64,000 nucleotides of DNA from Neocallimastix sp. 'constans' (taxonomy: Eukaryota), in assembly GCA_050613775.1 (NCBI GenBank), contig JBODTK010000152.1:248001-312000 (forward strand), read 5' to 3'. Below the pieces are notes generated by a model. The model did no database searches, was not told the origin of the DNA, and was given only the letters and a program-made list of their open reading frames with translations. The position numbers and the translations under genes are program-made. This document shows positions 1-15,004 of the stretch, in pieces. Numbering within the stretch: the stretch's first letter is position 1; the number at the start of each line of letters is the position of its first letter.

Positions 1-2494
1 AATTATTTAATAATATATTTTATAAAAATAGAGGAAATCATATTTCCAAAATAATAAATTTAATATTTAAAAAATATTTAAAATGAAATCCAAGTACATG
101 TAATATTTAAATATATTACATATCGTTATTTCAACTATAAAATTCAAAATTTTATAGTTGAAATAACTTTAATAATAAATATATATATCTACTAAAAAGT
201 TAATTGAATATAAATATTTATTAGTAATAGTATTACTAAACCTTTTAATTTTATTAAAATATATTGTAATAATAATGAATAAAAGAAATTCTTTGAAATA
301 ATGATTATATTTTGATATTATATAATTATAATACTATATATAATAATAATATTAATAGTATATTCAATATTATAAAATAAGTACATACTAACATATATGA
401 ATTATAAAAGAAATTGTATTTTCGAAATAACAATTTTAATACTTAATAATCCAAAATTAATAATATCAAAATACAAATTAATAATAATCATTCATTTTAT
501 ATTATAAGACTTAACCATAAACCATATTTTAGATCATTATTATAATAAATATTCAAATATTTTATAATTAAAATTATTTTATTAATATATATTATTTGGT
601 TATCTTTATATTTTATAATTCTAAATATGTCTTTATAATTATAAATTAAAATAATAATTATAATTATAAAAACTTAAACGGAATAATTAAATCAATTCAG
701 TTAAATAATTTTTCTATATATATATATATAAAAAGTATCATTAAGTTTGAATAATAATTATATTTATAATTATAATTAAAAAGGAATAATTAAACTGATA
801 AACTTATATATTATTTTTAAATAAAAGAAAAAAAAAGCATATCCCTAAATTTTGAATAACTATATTTATTAAAATCTATTAAAAAAAAAAACTGCTTTTC
901 TTTTTTTTTTATTAGTTTATAAAACTAATTATTATATACTAAAACAATTAAATTATTTTTTTTATTTTCTTTAACAATTTCTAAAAATTATACAATTGAA
1001 TAATAATGAATAATAATGAATAAAATTTTAAAAAAAAAAGTTATTGAAATATCACACTTTTAAAAATTTTTATAATTAAGATATATTAATATTTTATTAT
1101 GTAATCTTATTAAAAAGATTTTGTCAGAATATAATCAATATGAAATAATAATTAATATTGAAAATATATATATTAAATAAAAATTTTTAATAAAAAAAAT
1201 ATATATATAAATATATCGAATTTATTTATGTTACAATTACTGTTGATTATCTTTATATATATATTAGTATTACAATTGTCCTATGGTAAAGTTAAACCAA
1301 TAATTGGTAAGAAAAAATATAAATTATATTATTTTAATTCAAAGGTGGATTTTTTTCCTCTTCATAATAAATATAAACTTTATTTAATTAATAAAAAAGA
1401 CAAAAATAATTATTAAATTTTAAATTATGAGTAATTTACTAAAAAAAAAAATAATTAATTAAAAATTAATACAATCTAAATAAACAAATACGGTTAATTA
1501 ATTTATATATAGTATACATATATTAGAGTATATTCTCTAAATAAGAATAAGTATAAAAATTTTTTCATCTTTTTTTTTAGATCCTCAAATAAAAAAAACA
1601 TATTAAAATTTTACATCTATTTTTTAAAAAATATATGTATAATAAAAATAATAAATAACAAATTTAAAAATAAAATAAAATAAAAATTACTAAAAACTTT
1701 AATTTACTAATAATCATTTATTAAATTTATATATTAATTTTTTTTTTAATATGTACCTAAAACATATTAATATTTAAAAAATAATTTGATATTTTATTAT
1801 TTATTAATTCCATCTAAATGTTATATACATTTGCTTATATTTTAATTATTTATAATAATATTTTACATTTTAAATTATTATACCATCAAACTCTTTATGA
1901 CCACTTTTTTTCTGAATAAGCTTTATATAATTAATTCATAATTAATAAATATTATAATAATTGAATATTATTATCATAAAATATAATTATTTATTATTTT
2001 ATATAATCAAATAATTAATAAGTTATTTATTGATTTATTAGTTGTTTTTTTTTTTATTTATTAATTATTAATTATTAATTATTAGTTAATAATGATTAAT
2101 TTTGATTAAAGTTTTTTTATTTTATTTTTTTTTTATTTTTTGTAATAAAATTACTTAAATTTTTACCTATAATAATAATTAGTTTATAATATTAAAATTT
2201 TGATATTTAATTAATTTATTACTATTATTTATTACTATTATGTATTAGTTATAATTTATTATTTATTATTTATTATTTATTAATATTTATTATTTATTAA
2301 TATTTATTATAATTATTATTTATTATGTCTTATTATTTATTATTTATTATTATTATTATTATTATTGATTATTTGTTATAACCAAAAAGATTGTTCTAAT
2401 ACATTGAAAAGAATAAAATAAAATAAAATATTTAATTGATTGGCTTAAAATTTTAATTTTTTCTATTAAAAAACAGAAAAATAATAATAGGTAT

Positions 2495-2593
2495 TATTAT
2501 TATTACTTTTATTATTATTATTATTATTATAATTATTAACATTATTATTATTATTATAATTATTAACATTATTATTATTATTATAATTATTAA

Positions 2594-2647
<54 letters not shown>

Positions 2648-2648
2648 A
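2495..2648. repeat. (TTA)n microsatellite with interspersed AATTATTAACA units
   Basis: Directly visible; explains the spurious poly-Asn ORF 2466-2657. Confidence 0.9.
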
Positions 2649-3061
2649 ATTATACACTAAAATCGGTTAAAAAAAAAAAAAAAGGAATAGAAAGAATTAA
2701 TATGTATGTAACTTCATTCTAACTTCATCCCTTAAAATATTTGTAATTACAAATGAAATCAATACTTATTATTATTAACAATATATTAATAATAAATAAA
2801 TAAATTATACACAAAAAAATTTTTTTTAATAATTTGAAGGGAATCTATTAATGAATCATCCATTAAAGTGAGATGATCATGTGATATTTTTCATCAATAA
2901 ATCTCTTTTTTCAATTACTAATCTTAAAGAGGCTTAAAAAATAATATATAATTATTATTATTTCACCAACATTAATAATGTATTAATTTGATACAACATC
3001 CCTTACAATAATATTTTATTACTTTTTTTTTTAAACTCTACGGATCAGATCAAATTTTCCA

Positions 3062-3063
3062 TT

Positions 3064-3130
<67 letters not shown>

Positions 3131-3151
3131 TTTGTTTGTTTGTTTGTTTGT

Positions 3152-3230
<79 letters not shown>

Positions 3231-3282
3231 TTTGTTTATTTATTTGTTTGTTTGTTTGTTTGTTTGTTTGTTTGTTTGTTTA
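3062..3282. repeat. compound (TTTA)n/(TTTG)n microsatellite
   Basis: Directly visible tetranucleotide tracts. Confidence 0.9.
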
Positions 3283-4530
3283 TATATAATCCCCTTTAAA
3301 AGCAATAAAAAATAATAAAAAATCATTTCTTTACTAATAAAATAATTGTAATTCTATATCATTTTTCACTTCAAAAACAAATTCATTCGTAATTACATTT
3401 AAATTAACATGTAAAGAACAAAATACTACTATTCAATTTTTTCAAAATAAAATAAAATAAAATACACTTTTCATTACACTTTTCTTAATATATCTTTATA
3501 ATTTAAACCTTCACAAAATTGCTCAAATATTTTTAAATATTTATATTCTTAATTTATTTATTAATATCATATAACAATATAAATATTCACTTTATTGTTG
3601 TAATTATTATTTTTATTATTTTTAATTCCTCAACTTAATCTCTTTTTTTTTTTAGAAAAATATTATCCTTTGAATTTATCCCTTTTATTAATTAAGAATA
3701 TTCCACCACTTTCACAACTATTTTAATTACCATAAATGTTAATAATAATTATTAGTAATTACTAATTACTTTTAAATAGCAATTAATTATCTATATAATT
3801 TAATTATTATAAACATGTAAATTATTCTTTTTATAAATTGATTATTTTTTTTTTTTAAATTAAAAGTAAACATAATTAGTTATAATAGTTTAATAATAAT
3901 AATATTAGTAACCTATTTTTTCTTTATAATAGTTTATTAATTATAATTTTTATTATTTTTATTATTATTTAAATATAATTATTGCATAATGATAAAATTT
4001 TAAAAATATCAAAAGTTTTTTTTTTTTTTTCAATAAGAATAAAATTAATTTAATTTTTTACAAAGATTCATTTAAAAAAATTAATAATAAAAAATAAAAA
4101 AAATAAGATGGATCTAAATCTAATAGATTTAATTTCATCTTAAATTTAATATATTTTACAATATATTATAATATATATTTAATATATTATTTTCAATAAA
4201 TAAAGTTCATCAAAAAAATTTAAATACAACAAATAAATTATATATTAAATAAATTTTATAATATATTGCACTATAAAAAAAATTAATTCTATATTAAATT
4301 TATTATATTTATTTTTAAAATATTTCAAAAGTATATAAATCCAAAAAAATTGTTCTTTTTTTTTTTTAATTTCTAATACATAGTCTATTAAATAAATATA
4401 ATACATTTTAAAAAAATTAGTACAATAAATATTTATTAAACTGAATAATAAATTTATATAAAAGAACTTATTTTTATTCTATATTTATCATTGTAACTCA
4501 AGTTTTATTTAAATAATATATATAATCAAA

Positions 4531-5775
4531 ATGTCTACTGCTTCATCTCCATACGCTAGAATTTCTGATATGTTAAGTAACATTTCAAACTTCAATGTTA
4601 TTGATACCACTTTAAGAGAAGGTGAACAATTTGCTAATGCTTTCTTCAATACTGAACAAAAATTAAAAATTGCCAAGGCTTTAGATGATTTTGGTGTTGA
4701 ATACCTTGAATTAACATCACCAGTTGCTTCTGAACAATCAAGAGAAGATAATGAAAAGATTTGCCAATTAGGTTTAAAATGTAAGAAATTAGCACACATT
4801 CGTTGTCACATGGATGATGCTAAGGTTGGTGTTGAAACTAGTGTTGATGGTTTAAGTGTAGTCATTGGTACTTCTTCTTACTTACGTAAATTTTCACACG
4901 GTAAGGATATGGATGCTATTTACAAGGTTGCCGGAGAAGTTATTACTTTCATTAAATCTAAAGGTAAGGAAGTTCGTTTCTCATCTGAAGATTCATTCCG
5001 TTCCGATTTAGTTGATTTACTTAAACTTTACCGTCATGTCGATAGACTTGGAGTTAACCGTGTTGGTGTTGCTGATACAGTTGGTTGTGCTAATCCACGT
5101 CAAGTTTATGAATTAATTAGAACTTTAAGAGGTGTTGTTAATTGTGATATTGAATGTCACTTTCATAATGATACTGGTTGTGCTATTGCTAATGCTTACT
5201 GTGCTTTAGAAGCTGGAGCTACTCACATTGATACTTGTATTTTAGGTATTGGTGAACGTAATGGTATTACACCATTAGGTGGTTTTGCAGCTCGTATGTA
5301 TGTTGCTGATAAGATGTATGTTACCAACAAATACAATCTTCATATGCTTCGTGATATTGAAAATATGGTAGCCGATTTCGTTGAAATTCAAATTCCATTC
5401 AACAATTACATTACTGGTTACTGTGCCTTCACTCACAAGGCCGGTATTCACACTAAGGCTATTCTTAATAACCCAACCACTTATGAAATTTTACGTCCAG
5501 AAGATTTTGGTATGACACGTTATGTCTCTATTGGTCACCGTCTTACTGGTTGGAATGCAGTTAAATCTAGATGTGAACAACTTGATTTACATTTATCTGA
5601 TGCAGAAATTAAAGAAATTACTAAAAAGATTAAGGAATTAGCAGATATTAAACCATTAGGTATTGAAGAAGTTGATTCATTATTACGTGTCTACAATAAG
5701 AAATTAGATAGTACTAGTCATGAAGATATTCATGCTGCTGCTGATGCCGCTGGTGCAGAAATTAAGCATGAATAA
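4531..5775 (+). CDS. LYS21: homocitrate synthase (alpha-aminoadipate lysine pathway), copy 1, intronless, 414 aa
   Basis: [15 protein letters not shown] (DRE-TIM motif), [31 protein letters not shown] and HRLTGWNA match fungal Lys20/Lys21/Lys4. Confidence 0.96.
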   Translation: MSTASSPYARISDMLSNISNFNVIDTTLREGEQFANAFFNTEQKLKIAKALDDFGVEYLELTSPVASEQSREDNEKICQLGLKCKKLAHIRCHMDDAKVGVETSVDGLSVVIGTSSYLRKFSHGKDMDAIYKVAGEVITFIKSKGKEVRFSSEDSFRSDLVDLLKLYRHVDRLGVNRVGVADTVGCANPRQVYELIRTLRGVVNCDIECHFHNDTGCAIANAYCALEAGATHIDTCILGIGERNGITPLGGFAARMYVADKMYVTNKYNLHMLRDIENMVADFVEIQIPFNNYITGYCAFTHKAGIHTKAILNNPTTYEILRPEDFGMTRYVSIGHRLTGWNAVKSRCEQLDLHLSDAEIKEITKKIKELADIKPLGIEEVDSLLRVYNKKLDSTSHEDIHAAADAAGAEIKHE

Positions 5776-6271
5776 ATTAATTAAAATCATCTGTTATTAA
5801 AAAAATATATATTTTTATTTTATTTTTAATATTGAATTATTATTATAATAATAATTCTATTTCATATAGATTTTTATTACATTAGATATCCCATAAATTA
5901 TATAATATTTAAATATTTTTTTAAAAAAAAAAAAAAAAAAAAAAGATACGAATTTATAATTTATATTAATTATTTGTAATATATATTTATATATTTAACA
6001 GCGCATAATATTTTCATTAAATAAACAAAAAAAAAAAAAAAAGAAAAAAAAATTAATAAATAAATAAAAAAAAATAACTATCTATAAATAAATAATTTAT
6101 ATTTTTTATTATTTTTTTGTTTTAAAAAGTATATATGAGTGGATAAATTTATTAATATAAATATTTATATTTTTTGGTTATTTTTATTATTAATTTTAAT
6201 AGATTTTAATAGATTTTATTTATTCCTTTTGAGAATTATTCATTTTATTTCAGATTTATATATAATAATTA

Positions 6272-6309
<38 letters not shown>

Positions 6310-6456
6310 AAATTAAAAATAAAATTAAAATAAATAAATTATAAAAATATTTGTGTTAAAAGGTATAACGTATAATGATTTATTCTTTTTTCTTTGTAGA
6401 TTTAAAATTATGAAATTGCAAAATTTTTTATAAATTTTAAATTAATATGTTCTTAT

Positions 6457-6490
<34 letters not shown>

Positions 6491-6559
6491 CGTTTGTTTG
6501 TTTGTTTTTTGTTTTTTACCTAATAAATTCCAAATTTGAAAGTTTTCTTAATAAATCAT

Positions 6560-7452
6560 CTCATCAGTGGTTCGCTAAAAACTTAACGGGTCTTGATTTT
6601 ACATGAGCTCGGGATGGTAGATCCATCTTTCTTTATTGGTAGTAACAAATTACCTAAAACTAACAAACATACTTATCTTGGTATTCCTTTTGATGAATCG
6701 TTATCATTGAAATCTGTACAATCCAAATTTAACAGTAATTTAAATGTCAAATTAAATTCGTACATTCGATTTCTTATTAATAAATCTATTCCTCTCCCAT
6801 TGAAGAAATATGTTTTAATTTCGTTTATTCTTATCTTGATTTATATTATGCTCCTCTCTTTGGCTCAAATAAGATCAGATTCTCTTAAGCTCAAAAAATT
6901 ATTAATAGAGGACTTTATTGGAGTTATGGATTTAAATCTCGTAATTCTTATGTTAGTCTCTATGATATTACTTGTGAATTGAAAATACTTCCTCTTTCAG
7001 CTGTCTGTGCTATATCTCAATTACGCTGCTTTAGAAAATGGAAAAACTTATCATGCATTATTAATCATCTCACTAATAACTAATAATATTCCTACTATGT
7101 CACATTACTCATGGACTAAAGAATCAAGGACTATGGATAAGAAATTAAATGGTAAGAAAACAAGTGAAATAAAAAATTTTATTATGAAAGAGATGTCTTC
7201 AAACCCTCAAAAGCTAAAAAAGCAATTATTTACAAGGAGAATGATTTTTGATTTATTTCATAAATCAAAAGCTTAACATTTCAACGTGATGTTATCATTG
7301 AGGAATGGGAAAAGTTAGAGTTTATTGCTTCTAACGCACTTTTATAATTTTATAATATATAATATTTTATTTCATGTATTTTATTTGTTATTTTTTCATT
7401 TAAATCATGTAATTTTATTATTATTATAAATTAAATAAAGCTATTCTCTAAG

Positions 7453-7503
<51 letters not shown>
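6560..7503 (+). mobile_element. degenerate, internally deleted non-LTR retrotransposon (LINE) 3' portion with poly(A) tail
   Basis: HTYLGIPF (RT C-terminal YxYLG motif) in a frameshifted ORF. The 3' end AATAAAGCTATTCTCTAAGTCT+A(n) is shared with the element ending at 8673, and 7283-7420 aligns to 8318-8445. Confidence 0.75.
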
Positions 7504-7506
<3 letters not shown>

Positions 7507-7966
7507 AATAGTATTTTTGAGCACTTTTATTTTTTATTTTTTTTCTTTTATTTTTATTTTTAATTTCAAATGTACTATTTACCTACATGTTTTTTTTATA
7601 ATAAAATTAATAAATTTATGGAAATATATTCTCTTCTCTATCTAAAAGAAAAAAAAGTTTTTTACCCAATGATATGGATGATTTTTCCAGGTCCATTTAT
7701 GGAAAAGGAACATTTTATTTACCTTTACATTTTAGTTAATACATGATTATTCTTCAGAAAATTATTACATTATACAGAGCTTTATTAAACAAATAGAAAA
7801 TTGATAATTCAAAAGTTTAAAAAAAAAAAAAAAAAAGGTTATTCCTTATAACAAAATATATAAGTGGTTTATTTTACTTTCATAATTAAGTATAATATTT
7901 ATTTTTTTATTAATTATTTTTTCTATTCATAAAAAAAAAATCTATCGTATTGAAATAACTATCAGG

Positions 7967-8673
7967 GATAATATTTATTATTTTATATTGAGTGCTCTTC
8001 TTGGCGGGCGCTCAATATATGAAAAAATTAAAGTTAATGATGGGGAATAAAGATAATTAGTTGACAATATTTTTAAACAAAGTTCAACTTCGTTTACTGT
8101 TCCGTATTTTGTGGGGATTGCGGAGTTTCTAACAAATGTAATACCATTAATTTGTCGATCTTTTAGATTGATGATGAAATGGGATTCTGTCGAATTTACC
8201 GTTGCTAAGAGCGTCGGCATCGAAATGATATAGGCATGAATTTTCAACTCACGGTGAAAGAATTGATACAGATTCGGTTGATAACAATAATACCGAAATT
8301 ATTACTCGCAATAATGGACGTGGTGTCATCATCGATGAATGGGAAAAGTTAGAAACTTTTACTTCTTACACACTTTTATAATTACATAATATTGCATTTC
8401 ATGTAGTTTATTTTTTATTTTTCATTTAAATCATGCAATTTTATTTGCTTAATTTTTTTCAGATAGTCAATTCAAACCTAATCCATAAGAATATGGGGTT
8501 CATTACATATAGACTTTTTTCTGAATTTATTTATGCACTTTATTTTTGAATATTACTTTTTATATTACAGTATTTTTTAAAAAATTATTATGTCTTAATT
8601 GGACAAATAATATTTTATTATAAATTGAATAAAGTTATTCTCAAAGTCTAAAAAAAAAAAAAAAAAAAAAAAA
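7967..8673 (+). mobile_element. 5'-truncated LINE copy (ORF C-terminus, 3' UTR, poly(A)) nested inside another LINE
   Basis: Flanked by the 14-bp direct repeat AAATAACTATCAGG (7953-7966 and 8674-8687) and ends in poly(A). 8448-8630 aligns with the LINE 3' UTR at 10495-10680. The + frame reads SALLGGRS...PYFVGIAEFL with stops. Confidence 0.8.
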
Positions 8674-9271
8674 AAATAACTATCAGGACATCTCTCTTTA
8701 TCAATAATTGATTAAAAATTATAGCAAAAATCATATCAAATAGAATCTCTAAATATAGAATTGATGAAGGATTTATAAGACCTGAACAATATGAATTTCG
8801 TAATCGAGAATGATGTATAAGTCTTTATACTTCATTAAGAATTATATGTCAGAGACGAAAATTTGAAAATAAAGATACTTATCTTGCTTTTTTGGATCTT
8901 AAAAAAGCGTATGATTCTGTTTCCCATATTTAATGTCTTAATGAAAATTCATCACTTAGGTATTAGAGGTAAGTGTTATAATTTAATTGAAAAGTTAATA
9001 CTTATCTTCCAAGGCTTGTGTAAAGGTTGATAGACAATTATCAGAATAATTTAGTATTGAGAAAGGTGTTAGTCACGATTGTTCCCTCTCTCTCACTAAT
9101 TTTATTTAACTTGTTCATTAATGATATTTTTAATAATTGTGATAAATATGGAATCTATTGGTGATAAACACTGTTATGGAGGTCTCTTTGAAGATGGCTT
9201 TGTGTTATGTGCTCCAACAAGGTTTCAACTTTAAGAAATTGTTAATATGACAAATTAGATAAATTTTCCGT

Positions 9272-9308
<37 letters not shown>

Positions 9309-9775
9309 GTTGTAAACTTTTACTGGGATAAAGATATTGCAGAAAAATAAATCAAGACCAAAGCTTATAATAAAAATAAATTTGAGAAAACTAGAGATTA
9401 CTTAACGCTCAACTTTAAGTATCCTGAATATAATATTGGTTTCCGATGGGTACATACTTTGTGCCAGATGTAGATATAAATTCAATGCTCGTGTTGCCAA
9501 AGCTGCCAAAATAATTGAAGATGACTGTCCAGAAAAGTGTCCTTGTTGTTTAAAGAAAAAATAGTAATCCTCGATTGGAACAATGATTTTCTAAATGCTA
9601 TCTTTTCCGTGAATTTCGAATGAAATATTTTAAGGATATTGAAATTCTTTATGAAAAATTTTTATATAGTTTCAAAATATTGACCAGTATCAAATACTAA
9701 TAGTAATGCAAACACTGTTATCACAGATATGAAGAATGTAGAATCAAGTACAGATTCCGAAAGTAGTAACGAAGC

Positions 9776-10054
<279 letters not shown>

Positions 10055-10684
10055 TAGAAATAATATTGTTAATAATAGAAATATTAGTAATAGTGAAAAT
10101 AAAAATATTAATATTAGTGATAGTGAAAATACTATTATCGTTACTAATAATATAGTGAATAGTTCAATTGGTGAAAATTGTGCTAATTTAAGTTATTTTC
10201 TGAATAATGAGTGTTCAAATATATATGTGATGTAGTACTGATTATATGACTTCCTTCTTGGTGTAAGAGATCCAGACACTATTGACTTAAATTATAAAAA
10301 GAAATGAGATATTTTTTGTTTAATAACTAAATCCTTTATAGTGATTATTCAAAAACGCCATTCTTGGTGTAATCTGCAGCTCTCTTTAAAAGAAATTATT
10401 TCCTCTAGAAAGGTTACTATTCCGAAAGTATAAGCACAAACTAACCAGGAGTGTCAACACTGAAAATGCATTAAGAAAGACTAGTAGGGCCAATGCCTAA
10501 TTTTTTTCAGATAGTCAGTTCAAACCCTAATCCATAAGGAGATATGGTTCATTACATATAGACTTTTTTCTGAATTTATTTATACACTTTATTTTTGAAT
10601 ATTACTTTTTATTTCACATTATTAATTAATATATTATTATGTCTTAATTAGATAAATAATATTCTATTTTATTAATTGAGTGTT

Positions 10685-10716
<32 letters not shown>

Positions 10717-12269
10717 AAGATATTTATGTTGTTAATAAATGAATAAATAAATAAAGTCAACAGTTAAAAAATATTTATTTATATATGTATACATATATAT
10801 ATATAATAAATATATTTTAATATTTATTTATTAAATAGTTTTATTAAACTTATGGTGAATTGGATTTATATAAACAAAAAATTAATTTTATATTTTTATT
10901 ATATAAATTTTCATAATAAAAGGAATATTAAATATGAATTATTTACAATAGATATCATTCAAACACTTGTTATTAATATTTTAATAGTGAATAAATTCAA
11001 ATGCATTATTATTATTATTATTTTTTTTTTATTTTTATTATTATAATTATTATTATTTTTAATGTTATTTTTATTGTTATTTTTATATGAATTATTATTT
11101 ATAATAGTAAATGATAATATAAATTTAAATCTAACCTTTATTATCTATTACTATTTTAAATATTAAGGGTTAAATTTAATTTATAAATTTGGGCGGGTGT
11201 GGGGCATTTCGCCAAATTGCATTTCCCCAAGTTGCATTTCGCCAAATTGAAAATTATTAAATAAATAAATAAATCAATAAAAAAAATTAAATATTATTAA
11301 TATCGCATAAAAACAATTTTAAAAAAAATATTTTGAATTAATATTTATTTATTTATTCATTTATTTATATCAATACTCTACTTGTCGAAATGCAACTTGG
11401 GGAAATGCAACATTTTAATACTACGCCACTTGTCGAAATACAACCTGGCGAAATGCAGTTTGAAATGCAACTCTCCCAATTTGGGCATTTCGTAATGTGG
11501 TGTATTTTGTATGTGGCTTTTTATAATAATAAAATAATTAATAATCAAATAAATAATAATCAAAATAAATAATAATCAAATAAATAATAAATATTCTTTT
11601 TTTATATATATAATTTATTAATATTTAAATATAAAAATAATTTTTTCTAATTATTTTTTAATAGAATATATTGTTATTTCTTTTGAAATAGTTATTTAAT
11701 AATATTTAATTGAAAAAATATATTTTTATTTCTTTTAAAATAATAATTATTTATATATTTGTTTATGATTATATAGAATAAAAATGTATGGTTTTATTTA
11801 AATAATTATATACGCCATATTGCGAAATGCACTAGATTCATAAATTTTTGAAAGTATTATACATATATATATATTTTTTGGGAGGGGAGTGTGCATTTCG
11901 AAAATTTTTATTACATAAATTTGTATTTTGTTGTATGGCTTAAATATTTTGAGTTTTAAGCCACTTAAATTTATTAAAATTTCAATGAATAATAATAATT
12001 AATTAAATAAATAAAATTACAATTCTCAAAATTTTCCAAACATGTAATCTTACGTGGGGCGTATATCTAATTGTATCATAAATTTGTGGCTTTTTTCTAC
12101 ATTTTTTAAAAGCCATATATTCACAATATGGCGTGAATAATAATTGTGGTGATATTTTATGACATAAATTTATAAGCCACTAAGAATTTGGCGAAATTCA
12201 ATTGGACAAAATTTAACTTTTGGCGAAATACAACACTTCAATAAATAATAATTAGGTTAGATATTTCTA

Positions 12270-12612
12270 TTTAACATTAAAAAATAAAATAAAAATAAGA
12301 AATAAGAAAACTTTTTTTTTAAACATTGAAAAATAAAATAAAAATAAATAAGCATTTTATTTTTTAATGCTTAAGAAATAAAAAAAAAATAAGAAATAAG
12401 AAAACTTTTTTTTTAAACATTAAAAAATAAAATAAAAATAATAAGAAAACTTTTTTTTTAAACATTAAAAAATAAAATAAAAATAATAAGAAAACTTTTT
12501 TTTTAAACATTAAAAAATAAAATAAAAATAATAAGAAAACTTTTTTTTTAAACATTAAAAAATAAAATAAAAATAATAAGAAAACTTTTTTTTTAAACAT
12601 TAAAAAATAAAA
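12270..12612. repeat. 45-bp tandem repeat (~7 copies) in the MULE left arm
   Basis: Unit AAACATTAAAAAATAAAATAAAAATAATAAGAAAACTTTTTTTTT. Confidence 0.9.
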
Positions 12613-12827
12613 TAAAATAAAAAATAAAAAAAAAAAAAAATTAAAAATAAATAAATAAAATAGTAAATATAGAAATAATAAATAATTAATAATTAAATAA
12701 TTATTTGAATAGTTATATAATTAATTAAAAAAAGGTTTATTATTTTAAATATTAAAAAAAAAAAAAAGTTTCAAAGCATTTAAAAATATATATATTAAAA
12801 TATTTTATTGAAAAATTTTAATTATCA

Positions 12828-14284
12828 ATGGAAGACAATATAAAAATTGAAATAATAAGTGAAACAAATCGAGGAAATGAACAAATTATTATTAATAAAA
12901 AACACAAATTTAATTTTTCATTTCAAAGGAAAGATAAATCAAAAATTTATAGATGCACTGAAATATAAGACTTTAAATAAATGTAAATCTTTAATTATTT
13001 TAAATGATAAAAAGGAGGTTTTAAAATATAAAAGTTTACATAACCATCTCGAAAAAGAAATTGATGTGTCTATATCAGTAGCAAAGCATAAAATTAAGGA
13101 AGAAATTAAGAAAAATTCAATTCCTATGGATATAAAACCTAAACATATATTTAATGCCGTTTCTCAAGAAATGGGACTTATATGTCCCGAATATAGTACA
13201 ATTAGATCCCAAATAATAAGAAATATAAATAAACAATTTCCTCCAAACATAAAAAGTTTTGATGATATTCCCATTGAATCAAAATATTATAAAACGAAAA
13301 GAAATGAAAATTTTATGATATTTAAAAATACTGATCTAATAATCTTTCAATCACCATTCCAAGCATATTTATTTTCGAATTATCATAAAAATATATTTGC
13401 GGACGGTACATTTTATGTAGCACCGAAATTTAGTTATCAGTTATTTATAACAAGAACTTATGTTGGGGAATTTAATATGTTTTACACTACTTCCATTTCT
13501 ACATTAAAAAATAAAAAACAATCTACATATGAAACATTATTTAATGAATTAAAAAAAAATGTAAATAAATTTAGGAGTAATACATTAATTACTACAATTA
13601 ATTTTCATTGTGATTTTGAACAAGGTATATCTAATACCGCAAAAAAAGTTTTTCCCAATATAAATATTAAATATTGTGTTTGGCATTACAAAAGATCATT
13701 AGAAAAACAAAAAAAAATATATTATGTTATCATGAAGTGAAGAATAATAATGATGTATATATTTATTATAAAGCTATTTCGAACTTATCGTTTATAAACC
13801 CTAACTATATATTTGATATTTATATTATAATAAAAAGAATTTGTCAAAAAAAAAAGTATAATAATTTTCTGCAATTTTTAGAATATTTTAATAAAAATTA
13901 TTTACTTAAGTATAATGGTAATAATTGGAATTATTATGAAAATATAGAGCATTTAACAAACAATGCATCAGAATCTTATCATAGCTACTTAAATAATATA
14001 TTTCCAAATAAACCTTTATTTTATAAATTAATATATATATTAAAAGAAGAAGAAAACTTATCTTATAATGATTATCAAAGGAGAACTAAAGGAAATTGGA
14101 AAAAAAGCAAAAAATATTTAGTGCAACTGATGAAATTAAAATTTTAATTGAAAATTATAAAGGTAAGGAAATAAATTTATTTTATAATGGATGCAACAGA
14201 AATGAATTAATTAAATTATGGAAAGAATGTTTAATTGATTTAAACGATATAAATATTAATTTAAAATCAATAATCTTAATTTAA
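12828..14284 (+). pseudogene. MULE transposase (FLYWCH-type zinc finger + DDE domain) with three frameshifts
   Basis: ATG at 12828 gives MEDNIKIE..SETNRG...IYRCTE / YKTLNKCKS...HNH. Catalytic motifs IFADGTF, HCDFEQG, CVWH and TNNASESYHSYLN. Shifts near 12960, 13710 and 14100, all in A runs. Confidence 0.88.
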
Positions 14285-14410
14285 AAAAATGCTAGAAAAA
14301 TACAAATTTATTTACCTATTGTGTTTATTTAATAATCTTAATAGAAATTATCTTTTAGTTATTTTTATTAAGTAATTTATAACTAAAACCGATTTATTTG
14401 ATACTAGTTA

Positions 14411-14585
14411 AAATTTTATTAATATCAATATCAATATTATATAATTATAAATTTTATTAATATCAATATCAATATTATATAATTAAAAATTTTATTAATA
14501 TCAATATCAATATTATATAATTATAAATTTTATTAATATCAATATCAATATTATATTATTATAAATTTTATTAATATCAATATAC
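14411..14585. repeat. 38-bp tandem repeat (~4.5 copies)
   Basis: Unit AAATTTTATTAATATCAATATCAATATTATATAATTAT. Confidence 0.85.
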
Positions 14586-15004
14586 TTTTCAAAATTAATT
14601 ATGTTATTAAAAATATTAAATTCAATAAAAGATTTTTATTATTTTATTAAAATTATAATTGTTATTATTATATTTTAATAATAATTGATTCATATTGATC
14701 AAACATTATAAATATTACTATGCAAATAATTAATTATTTTAATAGGATCAATTATTCAACTCTTATTGTTTTAATTTTTAATTCTTATATCATTTAAATT
14801 AATATATATATATCGTTTATGAAAATATGAATTATAAATAATTAAAATTATTTACTTTTCATTTAAATTTTTTTATTTACTGTAATAAAATATAATAATT
14901 AAAAGACAAACGTTATTATAACTAAATTTTTTTTTTTAGAAAAATAAATGAAAAAAAATTAAAATATATAAGATTCCTATATATATAAAATAATTATTAT
15001 ATCT

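Noticed and set aside
1..4500. Short ORFs such as 1228-1416
   Set aside because: No recognisable motifs; composition matches AT-rich intergenic DNA.
7978..8247. 89-aa minus-strand ORF in a GC-richer patch
   Set aside because: Antisense to the decayed C-terminus of a + strand LINE copy.
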